From positions 10,356,001 to 10,420,000 of the forward strand of contig CM075988.1 of assembly GCA_038087875.1 (NCBI GenBank): 64,000 nt of DNA, in the 5' to 3' direction. Numbering within the stretch: the first letter of the stretch is position 1; each line of letters starts with the position of its first letter. Shown here in pieces: positions 12,596 to 25,044 of the stretch. Below the pieces are notes generated by a model, which saw only the letters and a list, made by a program, of their open reading frames with translations, was not told the origin of the DNA and did not search any database. Position numbers and translations under genes: made by a program. The DNA comes from Malacoraja senta. Its lineage: Eukaryota.

Positions 12596-13339
12596 TTACC
12601 GCTGGAGGAGCAACGCGCCTCCCAGCCAGTCGTGCGCCATGCGTTAGACGTCTTGACATGCATGCGGGCTGGCGGGCTTCTTCACGTAGTCACTCACATG
12701 ACTCCGAAGTAAAATCACCCGTTCACATGAGTTATATGTTATCCCACTTTCGTATCTACCCCCTACATACTAGAGACAATTTATAGAGGCCCAACACCGT
12801 ACAAACCTGCATATCTTTGGGATGTGTGAGGAAATGGGAGCAGCTGGAAGAAACCCACACAGTGCCAGGGAGAATGTGCAAACTCCACACAGACAGCACC
12901 TGAGGTCAGGATCGAAGCCGGGTCGCTGGCGCTGTGAGGCTTCACCTCTACCAGCTGCACCACTGTGTTGTTCTTAATGTGGATGGTCTGTTATTCCTTA
13001 ATGAGCTGCTCATGGATCTCTGTGAAGTCCCATCCCAGTGGTGTGTGTGTGTTTGATCATGGCAGTGTGGTCGTCATCTTGAATTAATCGGCTTATGCCA
13101 GAGGTGGGGATTCTGTGTTTGGAAGGTTCTGAGAACAAAAGCATAGAAGGTTCTTCCTGCGGACGAGAAAAAAGCATTCTGACCACTCCTGTAGCTGATG
13201 TTGCAAAAGCACTTACCTCCCTTCTATTTAATTACCAGATTCCCTGAGCCTAGATTTCCAGTGGTCATTGTTACTCCTGGAAACTAGGTTACATATCAAA
13301 CACTCAGCTACACAATTGAGTTGGAAGGATTAAATCTTG

Positions 13340-14640
13340 AAAATTAGAAAGAAGATGAGGAGGAATTTCTTCAGGCAGAGGTGGTAAATCTGTGGAATTC
13401 ATTACCACAGATGTCTGTGAAGGCCAAATCAGCAGAGATTGATAGGTCTTGATTAGAAAGGGCATCAAAAGTTATGGGGAGAAGGCAGGAGAATGGGAAT
13501 GAGAGAGAAAAATAGATCACCCATGATCAAATGGCGGAGCTGGCTCGATGGGCCGAATGGCTTACTTCTGCTCCTAAGTCTTATGATCTTATGAAATAGT
13601 TGGTTGAATATCTCTAGAACAAATTGAAATTAAAAAAATCAGGCATCATAAATTGTAAGGAATCGACCAAGGGAACATTTAAAAAAAATTCTATTTTATC
13701 ATAGAATCATACAGCATGCAAGGTACTAGTGAGCACCCTCCCATATTAACCCAGCCAGCACTTGGTCAATCTATGACTGGGCATTTATCTAAAAGCTCAA
13801 CTGCTATCAGCAACCAGCTTCAACCATTCTCATGCGTAAAACTCTTTGCGTAAAAAGCAACCCTCAAATATCCCATCCAAATCTCTTCCATCTTACCCTC
13901 GATCTATATCCTATACTTTTAACTACCTCTGATACAGGTTGAAGCTTCCTGCAGACGATCCAGTCTGTACCCTTCATGATTTTACATAAATCAATCATTG
14001 CTTTTCTCAACGTCTTCTTCTCCAGGGGCAACAGATCTACTTTTCCATTCTCTCCTCATAACTGAACTGCTCCATTCCAGGCCAAAGGCCGTGTCAATCT
14101 CATCTGCACCTTCTCCGGTTCTATCACATCCTTCCTGTACCTTGGTGACTGGAACTGCAAGCAGCTTTCCAGCTAAGGTCTGATCAAGTCTTTATAAAAT
14201 TGGAACATAACTTTCCTACTTTTGTATTCATTGGTCAGACTGATGGAAGTCAGTATCCCATCTGCCTTCCTAAACACGTTAACATGTCTGAAGAAGGGTC
14301 TCAACCCAAAATGTCACCTATTCCTTTTCTTCAGAGATGCTGTCTGACCCGCTGAGTTACTCCAACATTTTGTGTCTATCTACCTGTGTTGCTACCTTGA
14401 AGGATCTATGGACTGCTACACCAAGGCATTGTATCTCAATACTGCCTAAGATTTTACTAGCCTTATCCTAGCCTTATGAGTGTTACTATGTCCTGGCCTT
14501 ATGAGTGTTCTCAAAATAGATTTGCCTGAATTAAACTCCATGTGCCATTTTTCACCCTGCTTCCCCAAGAATCAATATCTCATTGCAGCCTCCCACACCA
14601 TCAATAACTCCATCAAACTTTGTGTCATCTGCAAAGTTAC
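13340..14640. mobile_element. Degenerate CR1 fragments with a Penelope pLTR unit at about 14287-14380
   Basis: Similarity to the CR1 3' region; CTGAAGAAGGGTCTCAACCC unit. Confidence 0.65.
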
Positions 14641-15490
14641 TGATCTTGCCTCCCACATCCACATCTATGGTTTTATGATCATCATTTCTGATTGTTTTCT
14701 CCATGGATTCTTCAATCAGATTGCCTGATTCTTTTGTTTCACAGCATGTAAAATGACGGTTAATATGTTAATTAAGAGTTAAAAGCAAAGACAAAGTTTT
14801 CAAGCTCAATTTCACACTCTCTGGCATAAGATTTTCACATTTAATTTGCAATATGTATTATCTACAGTTTCCAAAATCCATATGTTTATGGAGATATTGG
14901 AATAAACTGAATGGTTCTGCCGTGTCTAAATATAACTAAAAATTACAATGATGCATATTTTCCCATTTTCTTCCTTGGTAAGGAGAGAAAGTTGTAAGAA
15001 AGAGAAAGGAGAGAAACAATGCTCAATAGATCCTTGTAGAAACAAGAAACTGCAGATGCTGGTTTACACAAAAGGACACAAAATGCTGGAGTAACTCAGG
15101 GGGTCAGGCAGCATCTCTGGAGAACATGGATAGTTGATGTTTTGAATTAGGACCCATTTTCTTGCAGCAATCTGTAGAGGGTCCTGACCTGAAACATTAC
15201 GTATCAATGTTCTCCAAAGATGCTGCCTGCCCATTGAGTTACGGCAGCACTTTGTGCCCTTTTTCAATAGATCATTGATTTTTAATTTAGGTAAGAAAAA
15301 TAAAAAGCCCAACATGTCATGCCATAATACAAATTCTCCAAGATTTGAATATTCCAAAACTGAATGATTTAAGGCATTTTTATCTTAGTAATTAATGAGA
15401 GATTATGCGGCGTTTTAATGCTTCCTGAATGTCGGACAACTAAATGTTCCATTCTAAAATTTGTGCGATTCTTATGTGATTTTTATAGTA

Positions 15491-16085
15491 TTAGATAGAT
15501 AGCCCTTTATTGTCATTCAGACCGAAGTCTGAACGAAATTGCAACAGTCATACATAAAACAACAATAAACACATATTAACATGGGTTTCGGCCCGAAACG
15601 TTGCCTATTTCCTTCGCTCCATGGATGCTGCTGCACCCGCTGAGTTTCTCCAGCATTTTTGTGTACCTTTAACATCCACCACAGTGAGTCCACCCAACAT
15701 CTCCTCACTGTGATGGAGGCAAAAGTCTTAGGTCTGCAGTCTCTTCCCTCCTCTTCTCCCTCTGCGCTGAGGCGATACCCCCCGGGCGATGTTTCCCGCG
15801 GCCCGGGGTGGTCGAAGCTGCCGCCCACCAGTCCTGCAGACGCAGCCGCTGGCCCGCGGCCGAACCCTGGACTCAGGCCACCACCGCCAGAACACCGTCC
15901 CAGCCACTCTCACGTGAGTACCGTGCCATCTTCAGCCTCGGGCTGGGCCGCCCCGACATGGGCGCCGAACCTCCCCCGGCCGGGCCGCTCTGACATGGGC
16001 GTCGCTTCTCCCCCGGGCCGGGCCGCCCCGACTTGGGCGTCGCTTCTTCCCCGGGCCGGGCCGCCCCGACTTGGGCGTCGCTTCT
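15491..16085 (-). mobile_element. 5'-truncated GC-rich composite non-autonomous retroelement with ~38-bp VNTR
   Basis: Near-identical to part of 47172-48023; 3' hairpin, AATAAA and (CTAT)n tail on the minus strand. Confidence 0.8.
15583..15668 (+). mobile_element. Truncated Penelope pLTR unit inserted with 7-bp TSD TTAACAT
   Basis: TTAACAT flanks both sides; the empty site (acatattaacatccacc) is seen in the paralog near 47256-47272. Confidence 0.8.
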
Positions 16086-16574
16086 CCTCAGTAGTGACTC
16101 AGTAGAGGCACCCATACTGCCAGAAAAGCAGTTGTTCTTTCATAATACAGGGGCATCAAAAAGTGCATTGTTGAAAATAGCGATAATATGAAATCTCACA
16201 AAATCAATGCAGAAAAAGACCAAACTCAAACACAGGATGACCTTTTATATCATTACTTTCAAGGACAAATATAACACAACTTTTGAATCATATCAATCTT
16301 TGCAGCCTTCGTCTGTTACAACTTCATTGGACAGACCTCAGTGTCTTCCATACTCCAATTAAAGTATAAGTGAAATTAATATGAGGGAGCAAGCATTGCA
16401 AAATCTATTAGTGAACATAAGCCATAGAAATATTAAAAATGTTGGTTGAAATTTTGGACAGACCTCTGCTTTGCATTTGTGAAATGATAGAACATTATAA
16501 TGTAGAAATTAGGTGGACATTCATCCAAGATAACTCGGAGTTTTAATTTGATATTGATTGTGATGAACAGAATG

Positions 16575-17010
16575 TTGCCTGGATTTACCAAACAATGCCT
16601 GGATTAGGAGGTTTCGGCTACAGGGAGAAGTTGAATAAACTTGGATTGTTTTCTCTGGAACGTTGGAGGTTGAGAGGCATAGATAGGGTAGACCGTCAGA
16701 ACCTTTTTCCTCAAGGTGGAAATGTCCAACATGGCCATAGTTATAAGGCGAGAGAGGAAAGTTTAATGTGGATGTGTGGGGTAAGTTTTTTACACAGAGA
16801 GTGGTGGGGGCCTGGAACGCATTGCCAGGATGGTGGTGGAGTCAGATACAATAGTGCATTCAAGAGGCTTATAGATAGCCACATGGAAGTACGAGGGATA
16901 GAGGGATATGGATCATGTGCAGGCAGACAAGATCAGCTCAACTAGGCATCATGTTCGGCGCAAGCATTGTGGGCCGAAGGGCCCATTCCTGTGCTGTATT
17001 GTTCCATGTT
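16575..17010 (+). mobile_element. CR1 3' fragment
   Basis: MPGLGGFGYREKLNKLGLFSLERWRLRG matches the CR1 ORF2 C-terminus seen at 33950-34040. Confidence 0.8.
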
Positions 17011-17337
17011 CGAACATACTACTTAATATCAGAAATATACTGGAGTGTTGCAATGTAAATGCAAGGTTGATGCTTCTCTGGCTGGAGATCCAGAACCAAG
17101 AGTCCCTGATTCAGAATAAACATGCACAATGCAAAGACATTTCTGTCTCCAGAGAGAGTGTGAATGTTTGAAATTAAGATGGAGCAATCATTGGGCATTT
17201 GAGGCAGGGACTGATAGATTTTTGGATTTTAATGAAATCAAGAGATTTGTGTTATTGAAAATAATTATAGAATTATGTCTTAAAATGGAAAATTCTGCAT
17301 GTCATGCATACTTAGAAAAATCCAAAAATAAATTGTA

Positions 17338-17714
17338 AGTTCACCACCGATTTTGAGGAAACTGGTAGTCTTTACCAGTAGTTTTTACCAGCACCATTTA
17401 CAGGCACCCTTTAATCCAGCTAAATACGTCCACCGGAAGTCCCCCCCAAAATGTGGGGCCTCGGCTGGGTGAGGCGGCCGATCACGACCTTATCAGTATT
17501 TCCGCGCCAATCAGCAGGTTGAATTTGCCGCCTGTGGCCAGGGCCCTGGAACTCAGGCCTGACCGGAGCCAACAGACCCATTCTCATAGCCGACTTCTAC
17601 AGCTGACTTTGCGGGCCGGTATCTTGCCCCCCCCACCCCCCCCCCCCCCCCCCCAAGGCAGTGACCTCTGTTATTTCTGGAACCACGGATGCCGGAAAAT
17701 CGGTGGTAGACCTG
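17338..17714. mobile_element. Tc1/mariner (Tigger-like) MITE, degenerate left end
   Basis: Right end GGAAAATCGGTGGTAGACCTG followed by TA; left CACCACCGATTTT; interior homologous to 55396-55760. Confidence 0.7.
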
Positions 17715-18444
17715 TATTGACCAGCAATGTTGTTGAAAAACGATCAGAGTTTATAATTACTGACAGAACGCAGTTGTTCAGTGTGAACTACGCATAGACT
17801 TTTGAAGAGTAGATCATGTCTGATGTAGCGTTTTGAAGTTTTTGAAGACCAAGAGTGGGTGCGGAAAGATTATTCACGTTATTTAAATGGACCTCCAGAA
17901 GATATTGAATTCGATATTTTGGCACTGTTACCTGGACTTGAACCTGTGGAACTGAAGCCAGAATATTGACCTGACCCAAATGTTTGGCAGGGATCACAGC
18001 CTCGAAAATAAAGTTGTGAGCTTCATCCTGCCTTTGTTGCCAAACTCATAATTGGTGATGGGTTGTGGACACTCATGGGACCAAAGTCAATTGGACCAGT
18101 TTACCATCTGCTGGAATGATCAGACCTAAGAGTGGAGTGCCCTCCCCACTTCCCTGCATTTTCCCTCACCCCCATGACAGCCTTTTCTTGAGCTATTCTG
18201 TGACTGGTTTGGAGATGAGACTGACTTGCTTCCCAGCAGTCAGCATGGAGGTTGACCTACTTTTCATCAGTCAAATGGGGGCTGACCCACTTGCCAGTAA
18301 TTGACATGGTGGACTCAATAGTGTGGTCTCTGCATACAGACCCTATTCGTCCCATTTTAACACATTAATTTTAGCACTTAAACACCACAGCACTATCTTT
18401 TGGCCAATTTTATAATCCTTTCAAGAGATCTGTTGATGCTAGTG

Positions 18445-18733
18445 TTTAGTTTTTAGTTTAGTTTAGTTTAGAGATACAGCGCAGAATCAGGCCATTCGGC
18501 CCATTGAGTCCACATTGAACCAGCGATCCCCACACATTAACGCTATCCTACACACACTGGGGACAATTTTACACTTAGACCAAGCCAATTAACACACAAA
18601 CCTGTCATCTTTGGTGTGTGGTAGGAAAGCAAAGAACTCGGTGAAAACGCAAATGGTCACGGGGAGAACGTACAAATTCCGTACACACAGCGCCAATAGT
18701 CGGGATCGAGCTTGGGTCTCTGGCACTGCAAGC
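18445..18733 (-). mobile_element. V-SINE
   Basis: Reverse complement of the 7283-7615 family, (TTTAG)n tail. Confidence 0.8.
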
Positions 18734-19884
18734 AATGTTAGTCATCAATCAATTATTTTCCAGGTCTAAGAAGAGTCACCTTTTATAAACTTTAACATTT
18801 TCAAATTACTTAAATGTGTGATATTTAGTGGAAATGAATTGAATACATTCTACATTATGTGAGAAATTAATTACAATCTGACCAGCATGTGGTCAATAGC
18901 TTGGTACAGCCTTAGGCCATTCAAAAAGATTAATGGGTTAGCAAAGATGATATTTTCTTTTGGGAAGACAGAGACAAAAGGATCTGTAGATGCTGGAATT
19001 CTGAGTAAAACAAAGTTCTGGAGCAACTCAGCAGGTCAGGGAGCACCTCTGCAGAAGATGGATGGATGACATTTTGGGTCGGGACCCTACATTATCTTAT
19101 GGCATTTACCTAGTTGAGGTTGCAACAGTACAAGGATATTTAAGTTTTTTAAATTTGATTATCCTTTATTGGCCTCAAGCTCTTTTATGTTAACATGAGT
19201 TGGGCCAGGGAAAGAGTATGCTCTCAATCCATCCATTCCAACAAAATGCCTTGGCCTCAGACTCAGACTCAGACGTATTTACTTTCAGCAGTGGTGCATT
19301 TTCATTTTTCATGTGATTAATCCTAATTTAAATATGCCAATAATAGCTGAATTATTGTGTTATGGCATTAATTGTGACCCATCTAACTAGTGCAGTACTT
19401 TAATAAATACCAATTATAGGGAAATATCTCCACAGTTCATGCAGAAAGATCATCAAATTAAATGGCTTCAGCAAATAAATCCTTGCTCTATCTGTTTTAA
19501 ATTAACAGGAATTGAAATGTGAGAGGCTATAGGAAAGATACTTCCATTATTAAAAGTAGAACCAGGTCATTAAGAAGCTAATTGATCAAGCAGCCTTTCA
19601 CACAAAAGGAAATGGGAGTAGAATAATCAAGTCTATGTTGACCATCAAGCATCAATTTACACTAATTCAGGACTAGATCCATTTTATTCTTCCTATTTTC
19701 CTTTTATTTCCCCCCAGATTCTACCTCTACCTTACACACCAACGACAATTCACAAGAGCCAACTAACCTACTAAATTGTACAGTGAAAGAAGGAACTGCA
19801 GATGCTGGTTTAAACCAAAGATAGACACAAAATGCTGGAGTAACTCAGCTAGACAGGCAATATCTCTGGAGAGAAGGAATGGGT

Positions 19885-19912
19885 GACGTTTCGAGTTTGG
19901 ACTCTTCTTCAG
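19885..19912 (-). ncRNA. Minimal type I hammerhead ribozyme core in a Penelope pLTR unit (best-preserved copy)
   Basis: CTGAAGA-A-GAGT(ccaa)ACTC-GAAAC-GTC: intact CUGANGA, 4-bp stem II, GAAA and GUC cleavage triplet. Confidence 0.6.
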
Positions 19913-20189
19913 ACTGACTTCAGTCAGGATTGAACCATTGCCCGCTGGAGCTGAGGCAGCAGCTCTACTAGCTGCACCAATGTGTTCCCCAAAATCTGGA
20001 AACCGCTTTCTCATACTGCAGTTGAATCTGGGTAAGTTGAACATGTCAAGACAGATATTAATTATTTTTAAACAACTGTGTACCAAAGTGGGACATAGGC
20101 ATGTAAATGTACAGATCAGCTAAAAGACCGTTGTGATGGTATGAATCTGGATTCAAGATGTAATTTAGTTTTTTTAGTTTTAGTTTAGA

Positions 20190-20463
20190 GGGTGACACGG
20201 TGGCATAGTGTAGCGTTGCTGCCTTACAAAGCCAGAGACCCAGGTTTGATCCTTATTACGGGTACACTCTGTAAGTAGTTTGTACGTTCTCCCTGTGACC
20301 CGCGTGGGTTTTCTCCGGGATCTCCGGTTTCCTCCCGCGCTCAAAAGACGTACAGGTTTTCAGGTTAATTGGTTTGGTTTAATTGTAAATTGTCCCTAGT
20401 GTGTTGGTGAACGGGGATCGCTGGTTGGCGCGGATTCGGTGGGCCTGTTTCTCAAAACTAAAC
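20190..20463 (+). mobile_element. V-SINE
   Basis: Same family as 7283-7615. Confidence 0.8.
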
Positions 20464-22084
20464 AAATTATATAGATTATAGGCTGCATCTGTGCTTTTGT
20501 AAAGTCTGAAGCCTCACAGACATGGATCATATAGGCAGGATCTGCAGCAAAATGCTACTAGTTCCTCCTCAAAGGGTAACATTACATTTGGGTCACATCA
20601 TCCATCATTCCTATTGCAGGTATGAATTTCATTCTTCCATTTCAGGACATATGACAACAGGTAAGACTAGTGTTTATTGGGACATGTTGGTTGGCGTGGG
20701 CAAGTTGGGCCAATGGGCATGTATACATGCAGTATGACTCTAACTCTATGAAAACATGCTTGACTTTTGACTCGACCAAAAGACCATGAACTTATAGCAA
20801 TAACAAGCAACTGCAGGTGCTGGTTTACAAAAGAAGACACAAAGTACTGGAGTAACTGAGCAGGTGAGGCAGCATCCCTGGAGAGCATTGATAGGCGATG
20901 GTTCGGGTCGGAACTCTTCTTCAGGTTGATTGTCAGGGGATGTGAAAGAAAGCTGAGAGAGAGGAGGGACAGAACGAATGATGGCTGGTAATCAGTGAAC
21001 ACAGGTGAGGCAGATTGTTGGACAAGGACCAGAGATGAAGAGACAGGTGTGAGCCCAAAAGGATAAAGACGTGTGGAAAGTGAAATTTGAGGATAGACAA
21101 GTTGCAGATTGTGTACCTATTGTAAATAGTACAAGTGGAAGGGGAGAAATTAGTGAGTAGTCAGCAAGGTTTCAGTGGTGGGGAGGGGGAGGGGGAGGGG
21201 GAGGGAGTTATAATAATTCAGTCATCCTTTGAAAAGCGAGACTAACATTAATGGCAGGGCAGGATCGACCGGCATTTTCCTGTAAGTCGAGCAATAGAGA
21301 ATTGAGTCAATTCCATTTTGTCTTATTTCTTTCCAGGGGGAACAGGGACAAATGACCGTGTTGTCTTCAGCCCTGAACACAGAGAGATATTGCCCAGAGG
21401 GAGTAGTTCACAGATCACACTGAATTGCAGAAGTGAAACCAGAAACAGTTGCGCAACTACACCACCCATCACTATATCAGAAGCAGCCACTGGGTTTGTT
21501 GTTTGTGTAGATTGTGTCGATAAAAATGATAATAATATATGTTGCCACTGACCAAAATGCCTTCTTGCAGCCTTGAGATTGTCTCTTGTGGGAAATTTGT
21601 AGATTTTGGTGTTTCAGGCTTTGACCATGAAAATCAATCCCCACAATTTAAAATGTAGCAAGGATCTGAAGAGAAGTATGAGATAGTCGTTTTAAATCCT
21701 TATTTTTTTCTAATCGGTCTTCCACAAAGTAGTGTACTTAGAAATTCATCCCAGCTCAGCAGCACTAAATGCACTATTTGGTGTTGTGGATCCTCATCTG
21801 ACCTCAGCAGACAGGTAAATAAAAACACACACATACACAGAAACAGGTGGACATATAGAAGTGATTAAACTTAACAGGGTAGAAGGCCTGAATGTGCAAA
21901 GGGCGGCATTCTGAAACACATTTGCGGCTAAGGTATCTTACCGTACGTACTGACATTCAGTTATCAGCACTGACTTGATCAGATACAGGCAATCTTATGA
22001 TCAGCCACTTTGAACCTCATTAAGCCTGCATGATTAATTCTCCCAAAGCCATCATGGAAGAGGAATTAAAATGATTGTCAGTAA

Positions 22085-22610
22085 GGAGAACCTCAGTCTC
22101 AACTGGAAGGACCACTGGGATCCACAGATGGATCCGAAGAGGGAGCTATAGGGACAGGCGTTACATCTCCTGCAGAGGAAAGTACTGGGGGAGGGGCTGG
22201 TATGGGTGGGAAGAGATGAGTGAACCAAGAGATTGTAGAGAGAGCAGTCTCTGCGGAAGGTACAGATGGGTAAGCTGCGAGTGTTGGTGGGATCACGTTG
22301 AAGGTGGCGAAAATGTCGGAGAATGATGTGTTGGATGCAGAGGCTGGTGGGGTGAAAGGTAAGGACCAGGAGAACTCTATCTATGTTCTGTCTATTGGGA
22401 GATGGAGTGGGACCAAAACTACGGGACAGAGAGCAGATGCAGATGAAGGATCCATCTATGACAGTGGGGGGAAAACACACTTTATTAAAGAAAGAGGACA
22501 TCTCAGGGATGGAGAAATTGAGAGTAGGGGATTGTGTCTTTGCAAGAGGCAGGGTGGGAGAAGGTGTAGTCCAGATAACTGTGAAGGTCAGTGGGCTTGT
22601 AAGAGACGGG
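22085..22610 (-). mobile_element. Penelope-like ORF fragment (RT thumb/linker region)
   Basis: MSSFF...PPTVID...DRVLLVLTFHPTSLCIQHIILRHFRHLQRDP, typical of fish Penelope ORFs. Confidence 0.75.
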
Positions 22611-23257
22611 ATATCTGTGTTGTGTTTATGTCTCTCCAGTTAGTTCTGAGTAAACAGATTACAAACAAGAATCATGCAAAGACAAACCAAGTGTAATGAG
22701 TAATGAGTGTATTTTTTCTTGACTGACATGCAATCTAAATATATACCCAGCTGATTTGACTCAAGCTCCCAGTGAGGAGTTTAAAATAATTGGCCACTGA
22801 CTACATTTTGGAAAGAAGGCTCAAAGGAATGAATATCAGGATGTTTGAAGCCAATGCGATTGCAGGCAACATAAGCATTAGTTGATATAACATATGTCAT
22901 AACTAGACGTTTCCCAGCTTAGAAGATGGTGAACCTGCTGTTAGAGGCTTTGCACAAAGCTCAGTGGAAATGTGGACGATCCACGGAGATAAGGAAGATA
23001 ATGTTAGTAAGTTAAAGGCTTGTGGCCAGATTTTATGCAAAGAAAGGATTAAGCGATGTTGACGAGGTGAAGGGTCACGGGTGAGGGATCCATCTCTGAC
23101 AGCGGGGGGGGGGAGTGGAAACCATGCTTACTAAAGAAAGAGGACATCACGGATGTCCTGGAATGGACTGCTTCGTAATGGGGGCAGATGGACAAATTGA
23201 GATTAGCAAATAACATCTTTGCAAAAGGCAGCTGGGAGGTGACTTGTGACCTGAGTC

Positions 23258-23579
23258 TTTTTTTTTTTAGTTTTAGTTTTGTTTTAGTCTTTCGAGATAC
23301 AGCGCGGAAACAGGCTCTTTGGCCCATCAAGTCCGCACCAACCTGTGATCCCTGCACATTAAGACTATCCCACACACACTAGGAACAATTTACACATACA
23401 CCAAGCCAATTAACCTACAAACCTGTACGTCTTTGGAGTGTGGGAGGAAACCGAAGATCACGGAGAAAAGACACGCGGTCACGGGGAGAACGTACAAACC
23501 CCGTACAGACAGCACCCATAGTAGGGATCGAACCCGGGTCGCCGGCGCTGCAAGCGCTGTAAGGCAACAACTCTACCAC
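23258..23579 (-). mobile_element. V-SINE, well preserved
   Basis: Same family, minus strand. Confidence 0.85.
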
Positions 23580-24800
23580 TAAATATGAAATACTTTATTT
23601 ATCAGAAGAAGCAGACATTTCTTGGAGACCCTCTTGGGAGAATCTCCAAACTCAAAGTCAATCGAGTTTTATATTTTTTCAAGCACAAAGACAGCAATAA
23701 ATGATTGAAAACAATTTCAATGGCTATCATTGTCTACATAGCCTTAACATTCTGAGTGAGGACATGCAAGTTTGCAGTATTACATATTTACAATGGGAGC
23801 ATACTGCAGCTGCCAAGACACCACTAAATATTCAATCACATTTGCTGGGACAAACCAGTCTAGGAGCTTTTGAACACAGAAACCAGATACCCCAAGTATA
23901 CCTTGAGATACAAGAAAATGGAGATGCTGGCATCTTGAGCAGAAATATAAAGTGCTGGAGGAACTCAATGGATCAGACAGCATCTGGGAAGAGAACAAAA
24001 TGTCTTCTGTCCATTCCATCCACATATCAAAGTCAAAATCAAAGTCAAAGTTAAATGTATGTTAACAGGATGTTATAGCCCCCCCCCCTCACCCCCCACT
24101 GCTCCCACACAAGACACACCGAGAAACGCCCAAAACCAACTCTTAGACAACCCAAAAAAAATGAAAAAAGTCGAAATAACGAACACGCTGCTGGCAGGGC
24201 AGCCGACTCGCAGCGCCCCCAACTGACCCGTTGAATTCATGTTTTACCTCTTTTGTTACAGTGTATTGAGGGATGGTTCGCTGGATACACAACTAAATAT
24301 TAAGTAACGAGACAGATTGTGCATTGAATGGCAGAGATATGCCTATAACAAAGGTAGACAGAAGTGCTGGAGGAACTCAGCCGGTGCAGCAGCATCTATG
24401 GTGCGAAGGAAATATGCCTATAACAATCTGTTAATACATGGGATGGACTCTTAACATCTTCCCTGATCTCATCATGATGGATTCAACAAGGGCCAATTAA
24501 GATGTAGACTCATCTATGGTCCTCAGTGATACTGATCAGAATAGCCCACATTTGATGATTAGTATCATTGCAAATCAAATTGTGAACAGATTATTTTGAC
24601 ATTTTGAATATTGATTCTTGTTTTAATGATTATCTCCTACTCACACAATTCTATAACTCCTGAATATTTCCTAACAGGCTGAAAGGTATTTCATGAATTT
24701 GGGTGTGACCAATAAGGATAGCATTTCATTGGACCTTTATACTGGAACTTAATCCATTCAAACTACTGGATGAAAGTTTAATTCAAAATATGTTTCTTAC

Positions 24801-25044
24801 ACTTTGGGAGAGGGTATACACTAAAATGTCCAGAGCAGCCTTCTCTTCCTGTGCCTGCAAATCTAGAGAGGTGAGTTGTGAAATGTTCTTGCTCAGTGTT
24901 CCTCTCGTCACCTCACCGAAGCCATTGAATAGTTCAGAGAAGGTGAGAGTGGGCAGACGCAATGATAGAGTAATGCATAATTTAGAGCATGACTCTACTT
25001 CCAAACAATTGGTTGTGAGGGTCTTGCAATGTAAAAAGTACAGT
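24801..25044 (-). CDS. Candidate internal coding exon of an unidentified host gene (244 nt, phase 2 to 0)
   Basis: Acceptor cttgctttcAG, donor GTAAGA, 81 open codons (LYFLHCKTL...AALDILVYTLSQS), non-repetitive sequence. Confidence 0.45.

Larger units (their letters stand above)
8218..12715 (-). mobile_element. DIRS1-type tyrosine-recombinase retrotransposon, copy 1 (decayed, internally deleted)
   Basis: ITRs (ACGTGAAGAAGCCCGCCAGCCCGCATGC near 8278 and its complement near 12660-12687); ICR at about 8428-8540 complementary to both ends; gag, RT and YR ORFs. Confidence 0.95.
8167..12968 (-). mobile_element. V-SINE split into two halves (8167-8219 and 12716-12968) by DIRS copy 1
   Basis: ...gtccacgctgaacattgAT and cacccgttcac... 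join into the same SINE sequence seen uninterrupted at about 6330-6400. Confidence 0.85.

Noticed and set aside
13217..13276. Minus-strand exon-like segment with GTAAGT donor
   Set aside because: Stop codons in all three frames; at most non-coding.
17788..18040. Protein-like reading on plus (RFEVFEDQEW...LKPEY) and on minus
   Set aside because: Short, weak splice signals, strand ambiguous, no family recognised.
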